DNA from: Octopus vulgaris
Lineage: Eukaryota
Reading direction: 5' to 3'
Length of the DNA stretch: 64,000 bases
NCBI GenBank assembly: GCA_951406725.2
Contig: OX597822.1
Coordinates: 38,254,001 to 38,318,000, forward strand
Shown here: one piece after another, positions 52,500-64,000 of the stretch
Numbering within the stretch: position 1 is the first letter of the stretch
How the letters are laid out: every line of letters starts with the position of its first letter
Position numbers and translations under genes: made by a program
The notes under the pieces: generated by a model
What the model saw: only the letters and a program-made list of their open reading frames with translations
Told to the model about the DNA's origin: nothing
The model's database searches: none

Positions 52500-53771
52500 G
52501 AGATGTACAAATAAAGAAATACGTAAAGCCCATTATTTATGCCTTTTCTTGTATATCCCATTACCTCACATATTAGGAGGATTAGCACCAAATTTCCTTC
52601 AGATGTTACCTGTGAAAGACTGTCTTCTCTTGTGTATGGTACCAGTGTCTTATCTAGAGGAATATTTCTCTGACATTTATTTAACCCTGTAGCTAATAAC
52701 CAGCTCCTAAACCACTTGGGATTTAGGAGCCAATGACATTTTAAAGCCTACCTACTGTAAATGTACCTCTTTTAGTGTAAGCTAACAACCTCCAATGCCC
52801 CCTCCCCTCTCAAAATTCCTTGTCTTGCAAATTACTTGGTGACCCTGTTGGTGTCACGTAAAAAGCATCCAGTCTACACTGTGAAGTGGTTGACATTTGG
52901 AAGGGCATTTAGCTGTAAAAACCATGCTAAAACTGATCTCACCTGTGCTGGTGCCACATAAAAAGTACTCAGTCCACTCTGTGGGGTGATTGGTGTTAGG
53001 TAGGGGCATCCAGTTGTAAAAACCATTCCAAAACATACACAATAGCTTGGTGTAGACTTTTACCTGCCCGGTTCTGTCAAACTGTCCAACCCATGCCAGC
53101 ATGGAAAGCATACATTAAACGATGATGATGCTTTCCCCCAAATCCCATCCTACTCTCTTACAATGTATTTAACATTGTAGTCTTGGATATATAAAAGATG
53201 GGATGGTCACACTCTCTTTACTCTATTACTCTTTTACTTGTTTCAATCATTTGACTGCGGCCATGCTGGAGCACCGCCTTTACTCAAGCAAATCGACCCC
53301 AGGACTTATTCTTTGTAAGCCTAGTACTTATTCTATCGGTCTCTTTTGCCGAACTGCTAAGTTATGGGGACGTAAACACACTAACATCGGTTGTCAAGTG
53401 ATGTTAGGGGGACAAACACAAACACACATATACACGACAGGTTTCTTTCAGTTTCTGTCTACCAAATCCACTCACAAGGCTTTGGTCAGCCCGAGGCTAT
53501 AGGAGAAGACACTTGCCCAAGGTGACCCTGAACCATGTGGTTGGTAAGCAAGCTACTTCCCACACAGCCACTCCTACACCTATAGTCATGGCTAGAAAGT
53601 TTGTTTGATTGTAATCAACCTGGGGTTAATTAACATTACTAATAACGAAGTGAAAGAGATGTACTGTAAGATGGTATCAGAACTAAATGTTTAGAGCACA
53701 GAGCTGACCTTTCATTAGTGACCCCAGTGAAATAGTCTCTCTAACCATCAGCTTGTTCTTTTTTAAACCAG

Positions 53772-53885
53772 GTTCGTGTTATTCCTCTGCAACTACAGCG
53801 TCTCTTCACCCAGCTGCTATTTGCAGATCTTCGCAGTATCTCTACAGTGGAACTGACTGAAAGTTTTGGATGGACAAACAACGAG
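53772..53885 (+). CDS. USP40: USP40 coding exon 3
   Basis: VRVIPLQLQRLFTQLLFADLRSISTVELTESFGWTNNE; ccag / gtaaga; 114 nt. Not in the ORF track. Confidence 0.96.
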
Positions 53886-54928
53886 GTAAGATCAAGGCAC
53901 CTAATTGTGTTTTTGATGGGGGCAAATGGGAGTTGATGATTGTATGGGGGCAGGGCTGAATGTTTACACCATTGATTCCCAACTGTTTTTCACCTAGGGA
54001 CCCTTTTGATTCCTATTTTACTCTATTGGTTCCCAATAGCATCTGATGCTTTAAGAAACAATAAAAAAAATAGAAAAAAATGAGTGGAAATCGAACCAGT
54101 GAATGTGTTAAGTAATAAGGCACTAAGAGAGAATGACTCTCCCCAGACAATGAAATATGCTTCAACTCATGAATTCACATCAAGAATCTTGCAAACCAAA
54201 TACAAAAACAAAATGAATATTAGGAATTGTATTAAAAAAATTAAAATATTTTGTGTATTGTAGAATTATAACCAGTTTATTGCACATAAATTTTAGCAAC
54301 AAATTCTTATATGGACCTCCAGGGGCCATACGGACCCTGATTAAGGATTGCTGATCTACGCACTTTGTCTATTTACTCAGTCAACAATATCTTGTGTATT
54401 GTAGAATTATAACCGTTTTATTGCACATACATTTTAATGACCAAATCTTATATGGACTCCCCCAAGGGTCATACGGACCCCAGTTGAGGGCCACTGATTT
54501 ACACAAAGCAGTACTAGAGTTAAATCACTGTACCTGTTCTTTTATATTTGATAGGGCCTAATGACTGTAGTATCTCTTTGATGAGTCTGACAGTTTAGTC
54601 ATATTATTTAAGATCATATTGTACTTGAGTAAATACTGTGTGTGTGTGTGTTAATGATAGTGGATGATAGAATTGGTAGAGCATCAAACAAAATGCCTTT
54701 TCCAAATCCCACTAAAGTCAACTTTGTTTTCCCCAATTCTGGGGTCAAATACTGGGGTTAACTTTGTGACTAAATAATAAAAATAGTAATAATAATTTTT
54801 TTTCTAATTTTTGGCACAAGGTCAACAATCCTAAGGGGAGGGTGAAGTCAGTCAAGTCAGCCCCCAGTCCTTGGTTATTATGTCATACATTGCCAGGTCA
54901 TTGAATGTGTTTTTGTTTGTTTACACAG

Positions 54929-55054
54929 GAAATGCAGCAACATGATGTCCAGGAACTTAACCGTATTCTGTTCAGTGCTATTGAAGACTCTTTGGTTGGT
55001 ACTTCTGGCCAAAATCTTATCCACAAACTCTACCATGGGCAAGTTGTCAACAAA
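54929..55054 (+). CDS. USP40: USP40 coding exon 4
   Basis: EMQQHDVQELNRILFSAIEDSLVGTSGQNLIHKLYHGQVVNK (QHD motif); acag / gtaaga; 126 nt. Confidence 0.97.
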
Positions 55055-55741
55055 GTAAGAAATTCCTTTTTCCTCAACTCTACTCTGAATTCCCTCTCTT
55101 TCTTCTTCATACCTTCTCCTCCCCCATTCACCACTAGCCACTCTTGCCTCCCTCATAATTCCTCCTCCTTTATTGTAATCATTTAGTTCTGATCTCTGGT
55201 TTGTTAGTCTCAGTCTCCTCCGTAACAGGACCAGGATAGGGAGGGTGTGTAGCTTAGTGGTTAGGACACTTGGCTCATGATTGTGAGGTTGTGAGTTCGA
55301 TACCCAGTAGCATGTTGTGTTCTTGAGCAAGATACGTTATTTCACATTCCTCCAGTCTACTCAGCTAGCAAAAATAAGCTTTACTTGTATTTTAAAAGGC
55401 CAGCCTTGTCACATTCTCTATCTCACTGAGAACTACATTAAGGGTGCGTGTCTCAGTGGAGTACATGTTAAGTTCACGATCAGGCTGTTCCATTGAAACC
55501 CTGGTCATCATAACCAACAGAGTACCAGTTTTTTTGTTTTGTTTTTTTTCCTCAACAGCGCTAGGTTACCTGATATGGCAGAATTACAGAGGGATAGAGA
55601 TTAGATGGTTAATGGATCAGATAAATTATTTAAGCAAAAAAAAAAAAAAGGGTGAGTGTATTCTACTTTACCCTCAGGCCAACCAAAGGCTTGAGTGGAT
55701 TTGGTAGAGGGAAACTGAAAGAAGCCTATGGTGTGTGTGTG

Positions 55742-55780
<39 letters not shown>

Positions 55781-56753
55781 ATAATAATAAATGCCCAAAC
55801 TAATTTCTGTGTGTCAGTGTGTCACACTTTGAACCCCCTCTCTCACTATTCAGTGACACTTCTTCTACTCCTCTTGCTGGGGTGATAGTAATAGTATGAG
55901 CTGTAGTTGTGATAGAGGTGGTGGCGAAGTCAAAGGTGTTGATGGTGGTGGTGTCAAAAGTCTGAATGGTGTGTGTCTAGTAGTTGTGATGGTTGAAAAC
56001 AGTTAAGAGAGAAAGTGGTTAGACAGAAAAAAAATTGTATTGACCCCCTTAATGGGAAGACAAAAAATGTTTATCATAAAATATTGTTTTGACGAAAATT
56101 GTTCATTACTTGAAAAATATTGAAGTTTAATAAAATTTAATATGTACTCAATGCATGAAGTACCATTATTGGACTCAAGGCCCAATAAAGAGCCCTCCAC
56201 AGGAGCTAGCTTAAAAGCCACCCTTTCGGGTGGCTTTTAAGCTAGTGGCCATTGCCAGCACTGCCCCGACTGGCCTCCGTGCCGGTGGCACGTAAAAAGC
56301 ACCATCCGATTGTGGCCGTTGCCAGCCTTGCCTGGCCTTTGTGCCAGTGACACGTAAAAAGCACCATTTGATCATGGCTGTTTACCAGCCTCATCTGGCA
56401 CGTAAAAAGCACCCACTACACTCACAGAGTGGTTGGCGTTAGGAAGGGCATCCAGCCGTAGAAACACTGCCAGATCAGACTGGGCCTGGTGCTGCCTTCT
56501 GGCTTCCTAGACCCCAGTTGAACTGTCCAACCCATGCTAGCATGGAAAGCGAACGTTAAACGATGATGATGATGATATAAAAATTTGTGTGTGTCTTTGT
56601 GTCTGTCGCCCTGTCAGCTTTTTAATAAGTACCAATTGAGCCCTGGAGTTGATGTAATTGACTTACTCTTCTAAAATTGCTGGCTTTGTGCCAGAATTTG
56701 AAGCCATTATACAATCGCCTTGTCCACATTCTCTTACTCTGTATTCTATTTAA

Positions 56754-59287
56754 CCCTTTTATCACTATATTTATAACTAAATTACACCTCCAATTAATTC
56801 ATTTTAAAATTCAATTAAATTCTAAAATAAACTTGAATTGAGATGGATTTCATAAAACAACTATAACCTGTTTTATTTAATGACTTACGAGTTTGTTTTT
56901 TTTTTTTTTTTGAACAATTTTAACAAATGGTTCTTAAAGCTAGTATGTAATTTTTCTCTCAAAATGAATCTAATTACAGGTAAATGCAGGTAAGTTCAGT
57001 AAAATGTAAAATTATTAAAATTTTGGTGTTAGGAAGGGCAAAATTGGTTGGTGCTAGTAAGAGCATCTAGCCGTAAAAAACACGCCAAAACAAATGCAGT
57101 AGCTTGCTGTGTAGTTTTCTACCTGGCCAGTACCTGTCAAACTGTCCAACCCATGCCATGATGATTACCATAGAAAATGAGTCATTAGCTAATACTCAGC
57201 TGGGTATATTAGAACATTTTAGTAGAAAGCATGTAAAACTGGTGTACTATAAAGATAAAAATAGAACAAAGAAGACTGGAATTTAGGTCAGAAGGAAACT
57301 ATAAAATGAAATAAATTCACACATAACAACAAAATGAAATAAATTCACACACACACATAATATAAGGAAATATTCAGATGTACACACACACACACAAATT
57401 CATACAAACATCCAAAAATGATTCACAAATATAAATTAAGCAAAAGTTGTCACTCACCTCACAAGTAAATAAAATCATCATCATTTAAGGCCCGTTTTCC
57501 ATGCTGGCATGGATTGGACAGTTTGACAGGCACTGACAAACTGGGGAGCTGCACCAGACTCCAATTTTCCTGTTTTGGTATGATTTCTATGGCTGGATGC
57601 CCTCCCCAATGCCAACCACAAGACAAGTGTACTCAAAGTTTTTTTATGTCAGTTGGCTAAACTGACAACATGACCATCCCCTAATTACAATATATATGTA
57701 TATATATCTACACACACACACACAAATTATGCAATATTTCTGTGGTGGAAACTTGTTAAGATTCCTGAATTGACCATCCACTCAGAGCTTCATGGAACTG
57801 GGGTTTTTTTTGTGACCATTAATTTTTTCTATTTTATGGAGATGGACTGAATTGATTTGGTACATAGTGAAAACACAGTCACTAATCATATCTGCTATAA
57901 ATCCAGATACCAGATACCACTTTCACTTATCCTGGTCTGGCAATTGGGTAATAGCTCAACATTTCATTCATTTGATCAACACCTCCCATATAACTGTTGT
58001 AATTGAGGCTCAAGATGGTATACCATTTTAATCCACAACATAGTTGAACACAAGTGGATAAAAAAATTTACTTACCTCTTATCTCTGTATATAGTCACTG
58101 GCAAATTTCCTTTCTGTCATTGGATTATTTCATTTTTAAAAACAACTTTTGTTTTTTTTTATACCTGGCAACAGCCCTTTTCTACTTGCAATCATTGTTG
58201 GACCAATTTTGGTCCAACAGGTAAAGAAAAACTGGTGAAAAAATAATATACAGCTTTGGTTATGGCATAGAAGTGATACTTTCCAGACCACATCATACTC
58301 TAGACTATGCAAGCTTATGCTGTTGTCTCTTTTTCTCCTGTTTGAAAATTAAATCCACAACAATGCCCAGTACTCGCTTTAAAAATTTTCTAGACTTTGA
58401 TCCCTTGTTATGTGGATTTGCCTGGCATATATTGCCGAAAAAGTGCTGGCCTTTATAATCTCATCATACCTTCATCAGTTGATAATCAATCATCTCCCTG
58501 CTTTGTAATAGTTCTTAAATGTGCTTTGAATGTTGTCGGGGAGGGGGCCTTATTTTATATAAGGAATCGTAATCTTCTTCCTCATGTACTGGTGTACTTC
58601 TTGTGTTTCAAATATGCAAATACTGAGATAGCTTTAAAAATCTTGTTTTGGTTATAATGCTAGAAGCATACTGCTCTTTGAAAGGTTCTTCTATACTCAT
58701 GTAGTTTGTAATCCTGAGCTGCATTCCGATGCCCATAATAATTGTTTATGATAAAATATGCTACAATTTCCTCTTGGCCTGTAGGAGGCCCCAAATTATC
58801 TTCTCTCTCCTTTTGTTTGTATTCTTTTTCTACAATTATTATTTCAAAACAATAAAAATAGTTGCTTTTGACTCCTTGGAAAGACTAATTGGGTCTCGTG
58901 TCTTCTCATCTCTTCTGAAAAATCTTATTTAAAGTCACTTTTTAGATCTGTACTCTAGTCTGTTTCTAGTAGACTCATCACTTTCGTAATTGGGGCTGTT
59001 ATTGTAGTTACTGCTTTTACTATTGGATATCAGAATATCTGATTCTTCATTACACAGTGGCATATTTCACTTGATTTTTCTTTTTATCTCAAAATATCTT
59101 CGAAATTCTGAATCACTACTCATGATTGTAAAACTGGGATACATATATATATATAGTTGTAAAATGTGGGTGAGGGGAATATCTGAAATAAATTGGAGAG
59201 TACAAATATGCCAAAAAATGTTGGTCATTTTTTTAACACTTATCTAATAAAGCCGGTGTTTTCATAAACATAGTAACAAGAAACTAA
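56754..59287 (-). mobile_element. Near full-length decayed piggyBac transposon (transposase pseudogene) in USP40 intron 4
   Basis: TTAA|CCCTTTT terminus at 56750-56760. Minus-strand translation across stops/frameshifts gives IIMG, RFLKLSQYLHI, DSLYKIRP, DEGMM, RQYMPGK..GIKV, NYNSYMGGVDQMNEMLSYY..KW, the ordered piggyBac DDD motifs. Degenerate opposite TIR near 59270-59287. Interrupted by RTE-tail insertions. Confidence 0.88.
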
Positions 59288-59483
59288 TGAATTTATAATT
59301 TAGAGTTCCATTTTGTCTCCTGACCAGTTGTGTTTAGTTGCCGTGACAAATGATAGGCACTACAAACATGATCTTCCTGGTCTTGGAGTTATACTGTTGA
59401 CATTTCTGTATTTAATGTGCAAATAAATGTTCACTATTCTCACTAAGAACAAATTTTGATGCTTTTCTTTCTTTTTTTATCAG

Positions 59484-59522
59484 ATCATCTGTTCTGAATG
59501 CGGTAACATCAGTGAACGACAA
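59484..59522 (+). CDS. USP40: USP40 coding exon 5 (39-nt small exon, first CxxC of fingers subdomain)
   Basis: IICSECGNISERQ; long polypyrimidine tract + cag / gtaagt. Confidence 0.94.
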
Positions 59523-59611
59523 GTAAGTCAAATATTTTGGTGTATCATTGTACATTATAGCATTAAACAAGGTGAATGGTAATAACATCAAACTAACATT
59601 AGACTGCTCTC

Positions 59612-60840
59612 ATATTGACATCATGCAGACATAAGACTTCTCTATCAATGAAGTCATTGACATAAGACTGGTCTATCAATGATGTGATATTGACATAAGA
59701 CTTGTCTGTCAATGATGTCATATTGACGTAAAACTTGCCTGCCAATATCATATTGGCATAAGATTTGCCTGTCAATGACGCCGTGTTGGCATAAGGCTTG
59801 TCTGTCAATGACGCCATATTGACATAAGACTTGTATGTCAGTGACGTCATATTGACATAAGACTTGTCTATCAATGACGTCATTGATGTAAGACCTGTCT
59901 ATCAATGGTGTCATATTGACATAAGACCTGTCTATGAATGATGTCATATTGACATAGGACCTGTCTATCGATGACGTCATATTGACAAGACTTTTCTATC
60001 GATGACGTCATATTGACATAAGACTTTTCTATTGATGACGTAACATTGACATAAGACTTCTGTCGATGATGTAACATTGACAAGACTCCTCTATCGATGA
60101 AGTAGCATTAACATAAGACTCCTCCATCGATGACGTAACATTGACACAAGACACCTCCATTGATGATGTAACATTGACACAAGACCACTCTATTGATGAT
60201 GTAACATTGCCATAAGACTTCTCTATCAGTGACATATTGCTATGACTTTTGTCAGTGATGTCATACTGGCATAAGAGTCTCCTGTCAATGACGTCACATT
60301 GTCATAAGACTTCCCTGTCAGTGACATCATATTGCCATAAGAGTCTCCCGTCAGTGATATAATATTGTCATAAGAGTCTCCTGCCAATGACATAATATTG
60401 CCATAAGAGTCTCCTGTCAATGACATAATATTGCCATAAGTCTCTCCTGTCAATGACGTCATATTGCCATAAGTCTCTCCTGTCAATGATGTCATATTGC
60501 CATAAGTCTCTCCTGTCAATGATGTCATATTGCCATAAGTCTCTCCTGTCAATAACGTCATACTGCCATAAGGCTCTTGCCAATGTAATATTGCCATAAG
60601 ACTCTCCTGTCAATGTCATATTGCCATAAGACTCTCCTGCCAATGACGTCATATTGACAAAAGACTGTTCCCTATCAATGACGTCATATTGACAAAAGCC
60701 TGTTCCGTATCAATGACGTTATATTGACAAAAGCCTGTTCCCTATCAGTGATGTCATACAAACATAAAACTGTTCTGTTAATGATTATTCTCATGTTGAC
60801 ATCATATTGACATAAGATTTTACTCTGTCAATGACATACT
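59612..60840. repeat. 33-bp minisatellite (~37 units) in USP40 intron 5
   Basis: Consensus ATATTGACATAAGACTTGTCTRTCAATGACGTC; unit variants cluster regionally (TTGAC left, TTGCC right). Confidence 0.95.
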
Positions 60841-61148
60841 GACTGTACTGTGATTATGAACCTTGCAAATGTCTTTTCTATTAACACATATCTTTTGTTA
60901 ACACTTGTCTTCCATCAATATTTCTCAATCATCACCTGCCACTTCTAACATCTTTCCATCACCTCCACCATTGCCACTGTCATCATATACCACCATTAAT
61001 ATACTTCTGTTAATACCACTACCATCTCTATCCATGCCGTCACCACTACCACCACCACCTCTAACTACTATTCTGCTCTACAATATATTGCCATGAATGA
61101 AACATTGAATGTGCTATGTGCTATTAAAAGTTCTGTCTCTGTCTATAG

Positions 61149-61298
61149 GAAGACTTTGTAGATATTCCATTGAGTGTATCTAAAGACTCCAGCAGTTTGG
61201 AACAAGCCCTTTCTACATTGTACTGTGAACTCGAGACCATGGATGGAAACAACAAGTACTATTGTAACCCCTGTCAGAAATTAGTGATTGCCAAAAAA
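61149..61298 (+). CDS. USP40: USP40 coding exon 6
   Basis: EDFVDIPLSVSKDSSSLEQALSTLYCELETMDGNNKYYCNPCQKLVIAKK (second CxxC); tatag / gtaagt; 150 nt. Confidence 0.96.
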
Positions 61299-62246
61299 GT
61301 AAGTTGCAGGGATCAACCCGTAGCTTCACTGAAGTTTTTTTATCTTTTTGTTTCCTTATTGTTTAATATTCCCTTGTTTACTTGTTTCATTTGGTGGAGC
61401 AATTGTTTTTTCCGTTTGGATGGATATGAGCATCCTTCTTTCTGTTGACCACTCAACTATGAAGTGGAAAGTATCATTTAGGATATTTGGTAATGAACTC
61501 ATTGATTTTTAAAAAATAAAACATTATGGTCATAACTGGAACATCTTTGATCATGTGTCTGGATCAGGTTTGCGCTTAGGCTTAAACACCACCACAACAG
61601 CCATCACCACCACCACCACCAATGGTTGCAACCACCCATTTTGTGAGGTGGTTAATCTATCACTTAGCTTAATGTCACTGTACATGCTTTTAGCAGAGTC
61701 TATTTGGTTGCAATCATTTGGGCTAGGAGTCAAGATGGAGGATAACTTCTAGTCTTTCTATCAGTTTTGAAAGCCTTTGAAAGGGTCATAGGTGCTGCTC
61801 CCCACTCACAGACACATTGATCAAGTCATAAAAAGAAATTCCATTGTAGATATTAAAATGAAGAAGGGAGAAGAACCCTAAACATATAAAATTCATTTCT
61901 CTTTATTTCAATAAGCACTAAATCTTACTGTTTTAGTATTAAGATGCATACATCAACCTTATTGTTCCTCCTCCATTTCCATTAGCTGAACGAAACCAGT
62001 CTACATATCAATATATAACATCAAATTAACTCTATTTTAATTGTTGATTAAACCTTAATTGCTTCACTGAACCCTCAAATATTTTCACATATAAAATTAC
62101 CCTATTTTAATTACTGATTTCGTTTTATAATTTCTACAGCCAGCCTTTGAATAATCTCACTGTTATCAAATGAATCCATTAGTTTTTAATTTCTTATTTT
62201 AATTACCAAACTTATCAACTGTTCCAAAACCTATTCTTCTTTCCAG

Positions 62247-62333
62247 GGTGCCAAATTACGTTCCCTTCCTCCCATCATGAGTTTTTCTCTGCTTCGATTC
62301 AGTTATGATTTTGTTAAAATGCAACGCTTTAAG
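62247..62333 (+). CDS. USP40: USP40 coding exon 7 (gene continues beyond window end)
   Basis: GAKLRSLPPIMSFSLLRFSYDFVKMQRFK; ttccag / gtgagt; 87 nt. Confidence 0.96.
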
Positions 62334-62897
62334 GTGAGTCACAGATTTTCATTTTTTGTTGGTTCGTTAAGTTCATTTGTTTCATTCTACTTTGTTGTTT
62401 TTATCATCATCATCACAAGTCTCCTCCACTACCCCTCTTGATCTACTGTTCCTTAACCTCTTTTGCTCCTTGAGGATTTGTTCTGGCACTCCATCACTAT
62501 CTTCTTCCTAGCTACTCCCTCTCACCCTTATCTAATGCAGAGTATCTTCTCTATAGCAAGACTCCTGTACTTGTTCCTTGCTTAACCCCCCTCCACCTTC
62601 TTAAATATTTCTCCCAACACTTAGTGGAGGAGGCTTTTTCTCCTTTCTTGCCAGTGGCATGAGAAAAAGCAGCCAGTACACACTAAAATATTAGAGATTA
62701 GAAAGGACATCCAGCCATAGAAACCATGCCAATGCTGGCATGAAATGTAATGTAGCTCTGTGGCTTGCCAGTTCCTGTCAAACTGTCCATGGAAAATAGA
62801 CATTAAATGATGATTTCTATGCTGGTATAGATTGAACAGATCGACAAGGGCAAGCTAGAGGATTGCACCAAGCAATCTGCTTTGGCATGATTTTTAT

Positions 62898-63304
62898 GAT
62901 GCTAGGTCTTTTCATCCGGCGTCACTTTGTCCACATCTTTTCGTCTGACGTCTTTTTGTCTGATTTTTTTGTCCAATTTTAAATAAACTCTTTAGAAAAC
63001 AAGGTAAACATCAAAATCAAATAATCATTGAGAATTTTATTGATAGGATTTAAGTCAAATACTGTGGAAAAATGTATTTAAAAAAACAGTCAGCACTCTC
63101 TATACACCGCACCGTACTTAAGAGAGAGAGAAGGAAAAAAAGGAAGTAAAACTATTAGAACGATAACAACAATCTTATAACGAGGCTCGTTATAGTTCTG
63201 TGAATATATGAGATATTTCACCTTGTTTTCTAAAGAGTTGGACAAAAAAATCATTGGATGAAAAGGTGTGGACAAAATGACATTGAGCGTAAAGTCAAGT
63301 CACG
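62898..63304. mobile_element. 407-bp foldback/MULE-type MITE nested in an RTE tail
   Basis: 9-bp TSD GATTTTTAT (62889-62897, 63305-63313); long TIRs including gtcactttgtccaca / tgtggacaaaatgac and actctttagaaaacaaggt / accttgttttctaaagagt. Confidence 0.8.
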
Positions 63305-64000
63305 GATTTTTATAGTTAGTACCCTTCCTAACATCAACCACTTTATAGAGTATAGTGGGTGCTTTTCACATTTGTATTTGTGTTTTTAAATCTGTGTTAT
63401 AACTTAGTATGGTTATGTTGTGTTTAAATATCTGGCATGAGTTACTATTGATTTTGTTGACTATTAACCTCATATTTTAGAGATGAAAATCTCATCCTCA
63501 TCCTCATTGCTCTATGTCCACTTCTTTCCATGGATTGGATGAAACTTTTTGAGATTATATTCCATGATTGGATAGCTCTCCTGGTGCTGACCATCACTTG
63601 TTTGTTTAAGTAAGGTACATTATTTGACAACTTCATACAAACTACTTCTTTGGGTGTAATGTAAACATTGTCACCACTAGCTGAACTGTTGGAAGACACA
63701 CACACACACACATGCATGCAACCACACACATGCATGCACCCACACACATACATATACACATGGTCTTTTGTACATTTTCTATCCACCATATTCACTCACA
63801 GGGCATTGGTCAACTTGAGGCTGTAGTGAAAGCTTGCCCAAGATGCCATGCAGTAGGACTGAACCCCTAACCATATTGTTACAAATCAACCAGAGAGCCT
63901 ACCTCTAATATTTATGTCTCCTCTATATTTCAATCAATTTAATCCTTGGTTGTTGAAGGTCTTCTTCTTAGACTTGTACCATAGTAAGGAATTAGATTCA

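Noticed and set aside
56206-56245. Bacterial rho-independent terminator implying contamination or horizontal transfer
   Set aside because: No bacterial-like ORF nearby; flanks are host intron and RTE sequence. Kept only as a junction hairpin.
59599-60652. Minus-strand ORFs with 11-aa repeats (MTSLTGETYGN) and a CRISPR-like look of the array
   Set aside because: Product of a 33-bp (multiple of 3) tandem unit; frames break at indels. There are no unique spacers and no cas genes, and the context is a eukaryotic intron.

Overview
AT-rich, repeat-dense eukaryotic DNA, most likely a cephalopod (Octopus-like). The taxon is inferred from repeat families I recognise, not from a search. Two intron-rich housekeeping genes diverge head-to-head. 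ABCF2 lies on the minus strand: 10 coding exons traced from the ATG at 16372 to 70, continuing off the left edge, with a probable non-coding first exon in a CpG-rich block at about 22.5-26.3 kb. USP40 lies on the plus strand: 7 coding exons from 41874 to 62333, continuing off the right edge. All traced splice junctions are GT-AG and phase-consistent. Introns and the ~15 kb spacer hold many decayed transposons: piggyBac (two transposase fossils plus TTAA MITEs), RTE LINEs, a CRE-clade fragment, Penelope-like relics, tRNA-derived SINEs, and MULE-, Merlin-, hAT- and Tc1/mariner-type MITEs. The most notable signals are a set of Penelope-type hammerhead ribozyme motifs and an intronic 33-bp minisatellite carrying many perfect CRE (TGACGTCA) palindromes. 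The hammerhead set includes an intact-core hammerhead with a ~130-nt structured stem II in USP40 intron 2, and a tRNA-headed, hammerhead-bearing short element inserted with Penelope-like inverted architecture and a 13-bp TSD. Most ORFs in the supplied track are spurious. No database search or folding computation was run.
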